DNA from: Octopus sinensis
Taxonomy: Eukaryota
NCBI RefSeq assembly: GCF_006345805.1
Contig: NC_043000.1
Span: forward strand, 84,444,001 to 84,508,000
Direction: 5' to 3'
DNA: 64,000 nucleotides
The translations under genes were made by a program, and so were the position numbers. The notes below the pieces were generated by a model. The model was given only the letters and a program-made list of their open reading frames with translations, was not told the DNA's origin and ran no database searches. This document shows, one piece after another, positions 13,033 through 25,415 of this stretch; the stretch's first letter is position 1; the number at the start of each line of letters is the position of its first letter.

Positions 13033-15189
13033 CTAACGAATCAACATGGCGATCTGATTTCGGCCAGAGGGGAGAAGGAAGAGGAGAAGGAAGGGGAGGA
13101 GGAGCAGGAGGAAGGAGGAAGGAGGAAAGAGGGAGAGGGGGAGAGGGAAGGGGAGTGATGGAGCATAGGGAAGGAGGGAGGGAGAAAGAGGGAGGGAGGG
13201 AGAAAGAGGGAAGAAGGGAAGTGGAGTAGGGGTGAAAGGATGAAGGACTGAAGTAGGGGTCGGGGGGAAGGATAGGTGAGGAGGGGGGAGAGGGGGGTTA
13301 GATGAGGAGGGGGGAGAGTTGAGACCAAATGGCGTATAAGAGCGAAGAGAGAAGATTAATTCCTGTTCACGGCGCAAACGGGAATCCGGATGGCCTCTGT
13401 GTAAGGACAAACCGAACACAGATAGGTGTTGCAAGGAGTGACCGGTGGAGCGGAAATGGCGTGAGACCGGTGTGTCGTTCGCAAGGTGGATGTCACGAAG
13501 GTGTTCCGCGAACCGGTCAGCCAAGCGGCGTCCCGTTTGTCCGATGTACAAGGAATGGCAGAGAGAGCAAGAGACGCAATAGATAATATTGCTGGAGGTG
13601 CAGGTGAAGGAGTGGATGATGGGATAGGGTCGATGGTGGGTGCTAGTGAGGAGGGTGGTGTTGGAGAGGTAAGGGCAAGTGCGGTAACGTGGGCGGGAGC
13701 AGGGGAACGAGCCGGGTTGGGAGGTAGGGTCAGGGAAGGAGCTATGGACCAAAAGGTCTCGAAGGTTGTGGGCTCGTTTGAAAGAGGGGAGGGGTCGGTT
13801 AGGGAAGAGGTGTGAAGTGGACGGGTCGGACTGAAGATGACGGAAAACTCGAAGAATGGTGCGTTGGAGACGTAGGGTCGTGGGGTGGTAAGTGAGGGGA
13901 AAATGGAGGCGGGAGACTACAGGGCGGGTTCGGGGAGAGAGAGCAGATACACGGTCCACGGACCGTGCTCTGGCAAGGGCGGTGTGGATAGTGGTGAGGG
14001 GGTATCCACGTAGGGTGAAGTGGTGAGCCATACGTTGAGACTGAGTCTCAAAGTCATGGTCGTCACTACAGAGCCTACGTAGACGGAGGAATTGGGAATA
14101 GGGGATGGAAAGCTTGGTGTGTTCTGGGTGGGAGGAAGAGAAGTTGAGGTATGAGTGTGAGTCTGTGTGTTTGTAGTGAATGGAGGTGGTAAGAGTGCAG
14201 TGAAGAATGCTAACCGAAATGTCGAGGAAGGAGACAGAGGCGTTGGAGATAGTGGAAGTGAAGTGGAGGGCTGGATGGAAAGATTGGACGAAAGAGAGGA
14301 AGGAATCTAGATGTTCACGGGAGAGTGAGGTGGCACCGATAATGTCGTCAATGTAACGACCATATAGTTCAGGAGTGGGACCAGTGAAATTAGAGAATAT
14401 TTGGGCCTCAACATAGCCAACGAACAGGTTCGCATAGTTGGGGCCCATTCGCGTTCCCATGGCCACTCCCGAGATCTGATGGTAGAACTCGCCCGCGAAC
14501 GAGAAGCAGTTCAGAGTAAGGACAAGTTCGGCCAGACGAATGAGTGTGGAGGTGTCTGGTACAGGGTTAGAGCGGAGGTCAAGAGAGTGTCGAAGGGCCT
14601 GCAGTCCTTCGTGGTGAGGGATAACAGTATAGAGGCTTTGGATAACCATAGTAAAAAGGATTTTGGAGGAGCCGGGAGGAAAGGAGAAAGAGTTGAAAAG
14701 CCGGAGAGCATGGTTGGTATCGTGGATGTGGGAGGGAAGAGATGCCACTAGGGGGGCAAGGACACAGTCGAGGTATTTAGAGATGAGCTCCGTGGGGCAG
14801 TTACAGGCGGAGACGATGGGGCGGCCAGGGTTGTTGGGTTTGTGGATTTTGGGGAGGAAGTAAATGGTGGGGGTACGTGGGGTTCGCACAATTAGGTTGG
14901 ATGCGGTGCGGGGGAGACGGGAGGACGAGATGAGGTCGTGGACAGTAGAGGATACCGTCTGTTGGTAGCTACGTGTGGGGTTAGAGGGCAGAGGGGAATA
15001 GAAGGAGGTGTCATTGAGTTGGCGGAAAGCCTCGGCCCTATAGAGGTCCGCGCGCCACACCACTACAGCTCCACCCTTGTCAGCCGGTTTGATAATGTCA
15101 GCGCGCCGTTGGAGGGAACGAAGAGCCAAGAGCTCAGCCGGGGAGATGTTGAGGCGGTGTTGGCGCCTGGAGAAGTTGAACCGCTCCAA
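13033..15189 (-). pseudogene. Penelope-type reverse transcriptase + GIY-YIG endonuclease (C-terminal part of the PLE ORF)
   Basis: KPADKGGAVVV, FLPKIHKPNNPGRPIVS, GVAMGTRMGP, YGRYIDDII, FLDISV, NIIYCVSCSLCHSLYIGQTGRRLADRFAEH; motif-A Asp replaced by Val (TMVIQSLYT, codon at 14644-14646); the upstream in-frame region has two TAG stops. Confidence 0.92.
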
Positions 15190-15436
15190 TGCACGCTAAC
15201 AAGCGCCCGCGAAAAGATCCACTGCTAGGATCTGGCCAGGGGCAGGCGTCTACGGGGATGGTCGGCGGCCCAGGCCAGTGAAGCAGTCCTCTTCGTTGGG
15301 TGTGGGTGGCGAGTCGTGGTAATGCGCACCCAACCGGACACGGCGCACAAAGCTGTGGACATCAACTCGCGTCTGGAATTCCTTACAGGATGGAGTGAGG
15401 GGGATGAAACGCAGACCCCTACCAAGGACGGAGCGT

Positions 15437-16108
15437 TCAGCCGCAGAGAGGGGAAGATCGGGGGGAATGGTAACAACAGACGGAAGTGGAGAAGGGGTGG
15501 GTGGAATAGAAGTAGGAGGGGTGGTAGGTCTCGTGGAGGTCTGAGGGGGAGGGATTGGGGAGGTGTGTATGGGGGGGTGCAGTAGGGTTAGGTGTAGGTG
15601 GATGGAGCCTATCGGGAGGGGAGAAGGGGTTGTAGGGAGGGGCAGTGGGGTTAGGTGCGGGTGGATGGAGCCTATCGGGAGGGGAGAAGGGTGGTGGAGG
15701 AGTTGGGGTAGTGGCGTCGGGTAGGGTGGAATGGAAGAGTGATTGGAGTTTACGAAGTTTGGTATCAGAAAGAAATTGATGGAAGAGTTGATTCAAATGG
15801 ATAATGAAGCGTAGCGTGTTTGGAGCATAGAGAGGCGGCAGAGAGGAGAAGAAGGTGGAGAAAGCAGGAGGAAGAAGGCGGTTGATGGCATGTAGTTTAG
15901 AGAGATTGGAGCGAATGGTGGCCCGCATAAGGCGGTAAGATGTGGTGCGGAGTATGGGTAAGATGGAAGAATCCCAGTGGAGAGTAGGGTGGAAGTGGAG
16001 GCGGAAACCTTTAGGGATGAGTCGGTGATGTAGGCAGCGGCTTAGGAAAGAGACATGGCTAGAGAAGCGGGTTTTTTTAAAAAGAAATATATATATATAC
16101 ACACACAA
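15437..16108 (-). pseudogene. N-terminal segment of the PLE ORF (frameshifted from the RT frame)
   Basis: HVSFLSRCLHHRLIPKGFRL is typical of PLE N-termini; Pro-rich linker with a 63-bp (21-aa) tandem duplication; homology continues in another frame (VVTIPPDLPLSAAERSVLGRGLRFIP). Confidence 0.75.
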
Positions 16109-16142
16109 ACTTTATTATTAAAACTGCAAAAACATTTTTAAA

Positions 16143-16184
16143 AACTCTTATTCAGAGTTTCACGTTCCCATTCGTCGGATAGTT
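16143..16184 (-). ncRNA. Degenerate hammerhead motif in a short PLE-like tail remnant (about 16100-16265)
   Basis: AACUAU-CCGACGA-AUG(GGAA)CGU-GAAA-CUCUGAA-UA-AGAGUU; one mismatch each in stems I and III; AATAAA follows on the same strand. Confidence 0.5.
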
Positions 16185-16263
16185 TCGATTCAGCATACTA
16201 CTCTACCGCCGGTATTCGAGTACTATTTTTCTACCTTGTTTCACATTTTTGTGGTTACTCTGG

Positions 16264-16362
<99 letters not shown>

Positions 16363-16500
16363 CACACGACGGGCTTCTTTCAGTTTCTCTGCACTCAAAA
16401 GGTTTTGATCCTAGGGCTGCAGTAGAAGACTCTTGCTCAAGATGCCACATGCAGTGGGACTAAACACCAGATCACAATGTTGCAAAGTAAGCGCCTTAAT
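16363..16500 (-). mobile_element. SINE family A, 5' portion (degenerate)
   Basis: Reverse complement of AGTCCCACTGC.TGGCA.CTTG.GCAAG..TCTTCTACT..AGCC..GAAAGAAGCCCGTCG. Confidence 0.7.
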
Positions 16501-16729
16501 ACCAGAACCACGACTCTACTTATTGAGCCATTTTTTTTAATGCCAAAGGCTTTTTGTTTAAAGAAAACTTAGTGATTAATTCTAGCAGGTCGAGCATCTA
16601 TGTAGGTCGAGTAACCATGTTTATTTATGGAACCCCCCGATGGTTTTATAAATGCTATTTATAAATGATGGAAAACTTCTTTGAAAGGGTTGTGCTTTTT
16701 TGGCGTTAATAATTGGTCTTTCTTTCTAA

Positions 16730-16945
16730 GGCGGTGAGCTGGCAGAAACGTTAGCACGCCGGGCGAAATGCTTAGCAGTATTTCGTCTGTCTTTACGTTC
16801 TGAGTTCAAATTCTGTCGAGGTCGACTTTGACTCTCATCCTTTCGGGGTCGATAAATTAACTACCAATTGCATACTGGCGCTCGACCTAATCGACTAGAT
16901 CCCTCCCCCAAAATTTCGGGCCTTATGCCTAGAGTAGAAAAGAAT
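16730..16945 (+). mobile_element. SINE family B, full length
   Basis: GGCGGTGAGCTGGCAGAAACGTTAGC (A-box region), GAGTTCAAATT (B box), tail AGAGTAGAAAAGAAT; flanked by AATAATTGGTCTTTCT direct repeats. Confidence 0.88.
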
Positions 16946-17019
16946 AATTGGTCTTTCTAGGGTGGCGTGGTAGCAGAATCGTTAGCACGCCGATAGCAGA
17001 ATCGTTAGCATTTGAAGGT

Positions 17020-17432
17020 AACAAGCTGGCAGAAACGTTAGCACGGCGGGTGAAATGCTTACCGGTATTTCGTCTGCGGTTACGTTCTGAGTTCAAATTC
17101 CGCCGAGATCGACTTTGCCTTTCATCCTTTCGGGGTCGATAAATTAAGTACCAGTTACGCAGTGGGGTCGATGTAATCGACTTAACCCGTTTGACTGTCC
17201 TTGTTTGTCCCCTCTATCTTTAGCCCCTTGTGGGCAATAAAGAAATAAGAATCGTTAGCACGCCGGGTAAAATGCTTAGTGTCATTTCGTCCGTCTTTTG
17301 CTCGGGGCTCAAATTCCGCCGAGGTCGCCTTTCATCCTTTTGGGACAGATAAAATAAGTACCAGCACTGGGTTCGATGTCATTGACTTATCCCCACCCCG
17401 AAATTGCTATCCTTGTGCCAAAATTTTAAATC
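17020..17432 (+). mobile_element. Two further stacked SINE family B copies
   Basis: AGCTGGCAGAAACGTTAGCACG...GAGTTCAAATTCCGCCGAG (17020-17250), then CGTTAGCACGCCGGG...CTCAAATTCCGCCGAGG (17250-17432). Confidence 0.82.
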
Positions 17433-18190
17433 AATAATTGGTCTTTGCACCTAGAAATGTAATCAGTAATGATCCGGTTTCAAATAAAGATTTCGCATTT
17501 CCATCTAACACCTTTAGGAAGTACTATTGCCTGAGAAGTATGGTAATCTCCCAGAAACTGTGCTCGAAATGCAGCTTTGGTTTTATAGTTGAATCATTAA
17601 TCCGCACCTCGTGCCTTTTTGTCTTGTTCATCCTTCCGCTAATGTGGTACAATCATAACACTGCAAATAAAATTGACAGAGCCATTGTAGGCGAGCCTAT
17701 GTAGTTGATTGACTTGCTAGAGACCTTGAACCATAACAAAAGAAAGGACACATTGGAGAACGGAGATTTTCATATTTAAACAAAATGCTATATGAAGGCT
17801 GAAATATTGTTCCTTTTGAGTTTTCTCGATCAGGGCTAATGTGAAACTAAACAACAGCAGAATTTTGTTTCATTTTATTTTATTTTATTTTATTTTGTAA
17901 AGAATGTCACACAATTAACTCACGACTAAATTGGCAATATCTGCAGTATAATAAATCATACAATTGATCGTCGTTTTCCTTATCAGGTTCATACAACGAC
18001 GGTCTCTTTACCGTATTGATTTTTGGAAAATATTTCATCGGAGTTTTCTCATGATTGTTTCTGAGCAAAACATCGAAACATTCGTGAATTTACCGTGCTT
18101 CCACTACTCACAACAACAATAACATGCATACTTATGTATAGATATATATATAAATATGCATGTATATATATATATACATATTTATATATA

Positions 18191-18264
<74 letters not shown>

Positions 18265-18301
18265 GTATGTATATAGTATTTATACATAGATATGAGCGCG
18301 C

Positions 18302-18361
<60 letters not shown>

Positions 18362-18373
18362 ATGTATAACATA

Positions 18374-18757
18374 GGCGCAGGCGTGGGTGTGTGGTAAGAA
18401 GCTTCCTTCCCAACCATATGGCTTCGGGTTCGCTACCACTGAGTGGCACCTTGAACAGGTGTCTTCTACTATGGCCTCGGGTTGAGAGTGTATTTGGTAA
18501 ACAGAAACTGAAAGAAGCCTGTCGTACACATATGTGTATGTGTGTGTGTGTATCTGTGTTTGCCCCCACCCCCACCCCTACCGATTGAAAACCGGGGCTG
18601 GTGCGTTAAATTAGCAGTTCGGCAAAAAGGTACCGATAGAATAAGTACCAGCCTGAAAAAAAAAAAACTGTGGTGGATTCCTTTGACTAAAAATACTTAA
18701 GGCGGAGCTCCAGCATGGCCGCAATCTAATGAATGAAACAAATAAAAGATAAAAGAT
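18374..18757 (+). mobile_element. SINE family A, full length
   Basis: GGCGCAGGCGTGGGTGTGTGGTAAG head, GGTTCG B-box region, internal (TG)n, 3' end GCTCCAGCATGGCCGCA..GAAACAAATAAAAGATAAAAG. Confidence 0.88.
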
Positions 18758-18764
18758 ATACATG

Positions 18765-19565
18765 CATACCTCGACTTAAGTTGTTTCGATTTAAGTCGTT
18801 CTCGATTATACGTCGGTTTTCAAAAATAATATATAGAAAAAGAAATGTCAAGTTAAATCATTTTACTCCACTTTACGTCTGTCCGCCACAAATATTGGAA
18901 TCGTAAAATCACTAGAAAATCGTTAAAAGCACATAAAATTATGTTACTTTACAATAAATAAATATAAAATCATATTGAAATATGTACAGTAAATGTTAAG
19001 ACACACACCATAAAGTAGTGTAGTTTAGTGAACGAAATCAGGAAATCAGCTGTATTGTCATATTTATCGATCTTTCGGAGCTCATAATTCGCTGTAGTTC
19101 CAATAACTACCGTCAGGCATCGTTGTCACTCGTGATTTCTGCAATTGTTTGGAATTCAGATTTGTTTATGTCTGTTTATCGGCTACTTTCTCACTCTCAT
19201 TCATTTGTGATTTTATTTTTTACCCTCATATCTCCTAAGAAAGTTCATAGTGAAAGTGCTAAACGTTATGCTATAATGCTGGAAGATAAACTGGCTATGA
19301 TAAAACGCCATGAAAAAAGTGAACAAGGGATAGCAATTGCACGATCTTTTGGGATGAGTCGGACAACTGTATCGACGATTGTACATGATCAGGACAAGAT
19401 TTTAGCAGATATCAAATCTCAAGCCCCAAGGATGAAGAACACTGTCATCAATAAGAATAGAGGCAAAATCTTTGAAGAAATGGGACGTTTTCTTTCTCTT
19501 TGGATTGTTAGATTGAATCGTCAGCGTGCTACTATTAGTCAAGAAAACATTCAAGAGAATTTGTT
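18765..19565 (+). mobile_element. Tigger/pogo-type transposon 5' fragment
   Basis: ORF 19123-19578 contains KRYAIMLEDKLAMIKRHEKSEQGIAIARSFGMSRTTVSTI (psq-type HTH) and EEMGRFLSLWI (CENP-B HTH); CCTCGACTTAAG..CGATTTAAGTCG near 18770 resembles Tigger ends. Confidence 0.75.
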
Positions 19566-19949
19566 TAGCTGTGCTTAAGTATGTGTGCTCAGTTACTCGT
19601 CGTGCTATAGCGCGTCACGTGTGTGTGTGTGCGTGTGTGTGTGTGTGTGTCTGTGTGTGTGTGCGCGCGCGCGCGCGCGTTGTTGACACGTGAGTCGCAT
19701 GCCCATCACTGATTGGTCGATGACGAATTGTGCGATTGGCCCGAACTGAGATGCAGAGCCAGAGGAAGTACGAGACATAAGATAGCGAGAAGTTGTGGTG
19801 ATTGTGTCGTGTGTCTTGGCGGTTTTTAGCACAGTAGAGGTAAGTTGTGTCTAGCAGGCATGTTGTTGTTGTATGAGATTTTGATGGGAGACATGTTTAT
19901 GTTTCAGTTTCTTGTGTATTTTCTAACTGAATCTATTCTTAATATGATT

Positions 19950-21660
19950 TATTCTGTTCGTAGATTTGAATCCATGACTAAACGACGCAGATACTCAGAA
20001 TGATACCTCAACATTTGCTTCTCCACCATGCTCACCATGCTGTCCTGAGTGCAGAGTCAATGAAACCATCGAAACTCAAGTGTCATCAGGAGACGAAACA
20101 TACAGAACACGCAAGAAGGATTTGGATTTCTTCAAACGGCATGAACGGTGTCTCAAATGTCAAAGACTCGATGCTAGTGGGTTGTTTCAGCAGCAGAGTA
20201 CAGCCGTAGTGGAAGCCTCATATGAGATTTCATTGGAAATTGATAAACAAAAAAAGCCTCACACGATAGAAGAAACACTTCTAAAACCCTGCATGTTGAA
20301 AGCAGTAAATCTTATTCTCGGAAAAGCCAGTGCAAAGAAGATGCAACAAGTAGCCCTGTCAAATCATACTATTGAGAGGCACATTCCAAAATATATATGG
20401 ATGTGAAGGAGCAGGTTCTGACCGAAATCAAGGCTTTTCCGTTGTTCTCCTTTCAGCACGACGAGTCAACAGATGTGGATTCATATTCTAAGTTGCTAGT
20501 CTTCATGAGATACATTCATTCAGGTAATCTTAAAGATGAATTCTTGTTCTGCAGTGCACTTGAAACTACTATAAAATCGGATGATATCATGGAAAAAGTT
20601 TCAAATTTTTTTTCGTGAGAAAGGCCTTCAATGGGCAAACATGTATGGGGCTTGTAGGGATGGAGCACCTCCTATGCTGGAATCGAAGTCAGGATTCTTG
20701 TCGAGAGTAAAGAAACTAGCACCTGAAGCCAAGGGCATCAACTACATGATCCACCGATATGCTATCGCCAGTTAGACACTCCCTACATCTCTGCACGAAG
20801 TGCTTGATTCTGTGATCAAAATTGTAATTGTAAATTATGTGAAGACTGCAGCACTTAGCATTCGGTTGTTCAAAGAACTGTGCAAAGACATAAATTCTGA
20901 CCACGAAGTCTTTTCTACACAGTAGTACGTTGGTTATCGAAAGGGAACGTTGATAATCGTGTCTTCGAGATGAAAGATGAAATAAACCTATTCCTGAAAG
21001 TTAAGAAAAGAAAGATCTCGTAGCTCACTTCGAAGATGAAGCATAGAATAAAAGGGTTGCGTACCTCGCCGACATTTTCGACCAACTGAACAAGTTAAAT
21101 TTGAAGCTTCAAGGAAGGGAAGCGCGTATTTCCCTTTTTCAAGATAGTCTTTGGGCCTTTGCTTCCAAACTGCAGAACTGGTGTCGGAAAACCAATCTTG
21201 AAAACATCGCTATGATTGAAAAACTTTAGGGAATGATGGATGAGTCTCGGGGCCAAATGGATCAGTTCCTCAAGGATGAGATTACTGAACATCGTCAGTC
21301 TGTAGAAGAGAAAATTTGAGCGATACTTCTCTGAGCTATCAGAGGAATAGGAGACCCTGGTAAGGAACCTATTTTGTACTGCACTTGATGTATCTAGCAT
21401 CCCAAATGAGATCCAATATGAATTTCTGGATCTAAGAAACGACTCCCCAGCTCGTGATCTCTTCAAGTTGAAATCGGTGTCTCAGTTCTGGTGCGCTATG
21501 TATCAGTCATAGTCCAAAGTCAGCATGATAGCATTATGGTCCTTATTCCATTTGCTTCTACCTACTTGGATGAGGCAAGATTTTCAACTCTTGTCAATAT
21601 AAAAACGAATGGCTGTTGGAGATGACATGAGACCGGCTCTAACAAACGCTACGAATTTCA
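19950..21660 (+). mobile_element. Degenerate hAT transposase gene (Buster/Charlie, ZBED5/SCAND3-like)
   Basis: Frameshifted ORF pieces: LSAESMKPSKLKCHQETKH, EASYEISLEIDKQKKPHTIEETLLKPC, FSFQHDESTD, GACRDGAPPML, MIHRYAIAS; other frames give YLADIF and PFASTY. Confidence 0.85.
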
Positions 21661-21879
21661 AGGTTTGCTGCTTAAATGCAGTATATAATTTCATTAAAAA
21701 ATAGGAAATTAGTTATGCAAGCGTTGTTAATGGCAGCAAAAATTGTATATATTTCACCGTGGAATATGTTAACATACAGTTAACAGTTAAAATTATTTAA
21801 GATCGGTGATGATGATTTTGTTAGTTGGAATATATTTCCATTGACTCTTGTTGCCTACTACAAAAGAAAATGGAACGTC

Positions 21880-22222
21880 GGTATGCTTGTGTGGTAAGAA
21901 AATGGCATGATCCCGCTTACCCATCCTTCCTATTCACCCGATTTTGCTCCCTGCAACTTTATTTTGTTCCCCCAAATGAAAAAAAATTCCTTAAAGGAAA
22001 ACGTTTTGCAGATATGGAAGAGGTGAAGAAAAAACGACGGAGGCGTTAAAAAGCATCATTTAAGCAAGAGTTCCAGGACTGCTTTGAACAGCAGTAAAAC
22101 GCCCCTGGGCCGAGGCATTGATTCAAATGGAGAATACTTTGAAGGCGATAAGAATGTAAACATGTAAAACTAAGTGAATAGAATAATATTGCAACATTCC
22201 GGTTTCTTTTGGGTACACCCTG
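21880..22222 (+). mobile_element. Mariner transposon 3' fragment with right TIR
   Basis: PYSPDFAPCNF, LKGKRFADMEEVKKK, DSNGEYFEGD; ends TTTCTTTTGGGTACACCCTG. Confidence 0.75.
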
Positions 22223-22999
22223 ATATATGCATGTGTGTTTATGTATAAAAGATTGATACCTCTGTTCTGCGCACGTGTATATCAGAGCGTGTGTGCAAGT
22301 GTGTGCATATTCGTAAGTACTTGTGTGTCACTTTTATGACTTTGTGGATACACATCATTCATTCTCTATGTGTAGTGTTTCATTTATGTTTCTATATATC
22401 TTCGTGTGATTTCACATTTGTGAATATATGTGATTATACGTGTTTGAGAGAGCTGGCGCTATCCTCAATTTTTATATCGAATTATCGGCCAGAAACGTCA
22501 CACACAAAAAGAAAAAAATCGGGTGGAAGGAAACGAGTGGATGATAGCTAATCAATAATTTGAAAATGTGAATATATTTTGAATTATAAATCAGGTATAG
22601 AGTCGCTGTTTTGTAAATAAATTGTATGTATCTAAATATATTAATCTTGCACACGAAAATACAAACACGCAGCTGAAAACATATACAAACATTATTTATA
22701 AATACATAAATCATATACAGTAGTATTTAATGAACATACACATATATATACATCATATAGCATGTTTCTGTGTGTCTGTATGCATGCATGTGCGTGCGTT
22801 ATATTAAAAACGAAATTATGTTCGAATTTCAGCTTTTTCAATAATGAATTTCCCTGTTTTTTAATAGGCCTATACATGTAGTTTTAAACAATAACGTACC
22901 TAACTCCATTACTGTTTCTACACCTTCTCGGTCTCAGTTCCTAAATGATGTGTTGATGGTGGCCATGTTATATATTTCGTGGTGATGTGTTTTATCTTC

Positions 23000-23375
23000 T
23001 TACTTGTTTTGGTCGTTGAAATGAGACCATGCTGGAGTACTACCTAGGAGGGTTTTAGTTGAGCAAACCGACCTTAGTACTTGATTTTTAAACTTTTGTA
23101 CTTATTCCATAGGTTTTTTGACAAGCAGCTTACGGGGACGGAAAGAAACCGAGACTAGTTACCAGGTGGTGTGGGGACTGACTCATACACAAGGACACAC
23201 ATACATGCATTTATTTATATGCGGGCTTCGATCAGTTTCCGTCTTCCAAATCCACTCACAAGGCTTTGGTAGCCCTGAGGCTATAGTTGAAGACACTTGC
23301 CCAAAATGCCACGCAGTGGAACTGAAACCAGAACCATGTGGTTGGGAAGCAAACTTCTTACCACACAGCCATGCC
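23000..23375 (-). mobile_element. SINE family A, degenerate full length
   Basis: Reverse complement of GGCATGGCTGTGTGGTAAGAAGTTTGCTTCCCAACCACATGGTTCTGGTTTCAGTTCCACTGCGTGGCA... through the CTCCAGCATGG tail. Confidence 0.8.
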
Positions 23376-23385
23376 AATAATTTTC

Positions 23386-23417
<32 letters not shown>

Positions 23418-23421
23418 TCAT

Positions 23422-23453
<32 letters not shown>

Positions 23454-23727
23454 TATCTCTCTCTCTCTCTCTCTCTCTCACTCATCGGTGAAGCTCGAAA
23501 TCGATAAACTATAAAGAGCAGCGTGTAAATATTGGTTGGATAAAAAAACGTTGAAGGCTGTGCGTGAGACTTTAACCCATACCTTCAGTAAACATGACAG
23601 GCGTTCTATCATTAGACCAAAACAATCATTCAAATTTGTTTATCTAATTTAGAAACTTTATTCTTACCAGCAAGAACTGTAGTAGGTTCGAGGCCTACGG
23701 GCAGTCTTTGATTTTACTCTCCAATGG

Positions 23728-24069
23728 TTTTTTGATCCCATATTTACACACCATTATTTATAATTATAGCCTTATCTGCTTCGAGTTTCACCGTCCCAAA
23801 ATAGAAATTGTTTCAATTTGACTCTTATGGTGTCAGCAACATGTATATATAAACTGCTCATCTAGCGGTAGGAAATCTCCCTAACGTGAATATGTAAGGA
23901 TTTTTTGATCCCATATTTACACACCATTATTTATAATTATAGCCTTATCTGCTTCGAGTTTCACCGTCCCAAAATAGAAATTGTTTCAATTTGACTCTTA
24001 TGGTGTCAGCAACATGTATATATAAACTGCTGATCTAGCGGTAGGAAATCTCCCTAACGTGAATATGTA
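23728..24069. repeat. 173-bp-period tandem duplication of non-repetitive-looking sequence
   Basis: 23728-23896 repeated at 23901-24069 with one visible substitution (CTCATC vs CTGATC). Confidence 0.92.
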
Positions 24070-24398
24070 CATATTTTGTTCACATGTGAAAATTTGTAAT
24101 TCATTCCGATTGTTTTTCACATAGAGGCTGATCATAACCCCTTCATGGATATCTAATTTGTGGTTGAGATTTTCCTTGTGTAATTAGCTTGATTAGATCA
24201 ATTAACATGTGATTTGTGAAGTGCAGCTATATCTAGTTATCCCTTCACATACACACACGCTCGCGTGCGCATACGTTCTTACTCGCGCATACATTCTCGC
24301 GAACGCACACGCGCACACACAAACATACATGCACATTAACACAGAGATACCGACATATATAGAGACACACAAAGAGATGGCAATAAAAATTATACATA

Positions 24399-24787
24399 GG
24401 CGCAGGAGTGGCTGTGTGGTAAGTAGCTTGCTTACCAACCACATGGTTCGAGGTTCAGTCCCACTGCGTGGCACCTTAGGCAAGTATCTTCTACTATAAC
24501 CTCGGGCTGACCAAAACCTTGTTAGTGGATTTGGTAGACAGAAACTAAAAGAAGCCCGTCGTATATATATATGTGTGTGTGTGTGTGCGTGTGTGTTTGC
24601 GTTTGTCCCCCCAACATCGCTTGTCAACCGATGCTGATGTGTAAATTAGCGGCTCGGCAAGAGAGACTGATAGAATAATTACCAGGCTTATAAAGAATAA
24701 GTCCTGGGGTCGATTTGCTCGACTAAAGGCTGTACTCCAGCATGGCCACCTTCAAATGACTGAAACAAATAAAAGAATAAAAGAATA
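24399..24787 (+). mobile_element. SINE family A, full length
   Basis: GGCGCAGGAGTGGCTGTGTGGTAAG A-box head, GGTTCAGTCCC B box, internal (TA)(TG)n, GAAACAAATAAAAGAATAAAAGAA tail. Confidence 0.9.
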
Positions 24788-25369
24788 TACACATATAAAT
24801 ATATACTGCATATGAAAGACACTCATGCAAGTACTTCAGTACACTCAGAAATATATATATATATGTATATATATGCTCACACACGCGTGCGTGCGCATGT
24901 AATCAGATTTCAATAATTTTGCGAGTGCTTACTGGTTGAAGAGAAGGCGTGTATATATTCTAGTAGATATATAAGGCGCTTAAGACCGATTCGGTTCTTG
25001 TAATACTAAATAACAATCTTTCTATTGGTCCATACTCATAATCTTTTCGTATAAGTTCTCCTGAGGATTTACTTCATTAGATAAGAACATACAATTCGAA
25101 GATCGAGAATTCTTTTTATTTTTACATTGTCTTTTTTTCCCCCTTATGTTTATACAAGACAAACTACTTTATTGACATTGCCGTCTCTTGGCTGTCCACA
25201 ACTCCAAGTGTGCTTTTTTCAATTCGATTTTCTCCTTAGGACATATAAATGTCCTGTGTGTGCGTGTGTATATGTGTGTGAGTGCGTGTTTGTGTGTGTG
25301 TGTACATATAGGTATGCGTATATATTCTTTTATTCTTTTACTGGTTTAAGTCATTTTGACTGCGACTAT

Positions 25370-25415
<46 letters not shown>

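Larger units (their letters stand above)
12841..16080 (-). mobile_element. Penelope-like element (PLE), near full length, inactivated
   Basis: N-terminal region (ORF 15437-16108, HVSFLSRCLHHRLIPKGF), RT + GIY-YIG ORF 13033-15189, and a 3' tail carrying a hammerhead motif at 12938-12975. Confidence 0.92.
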
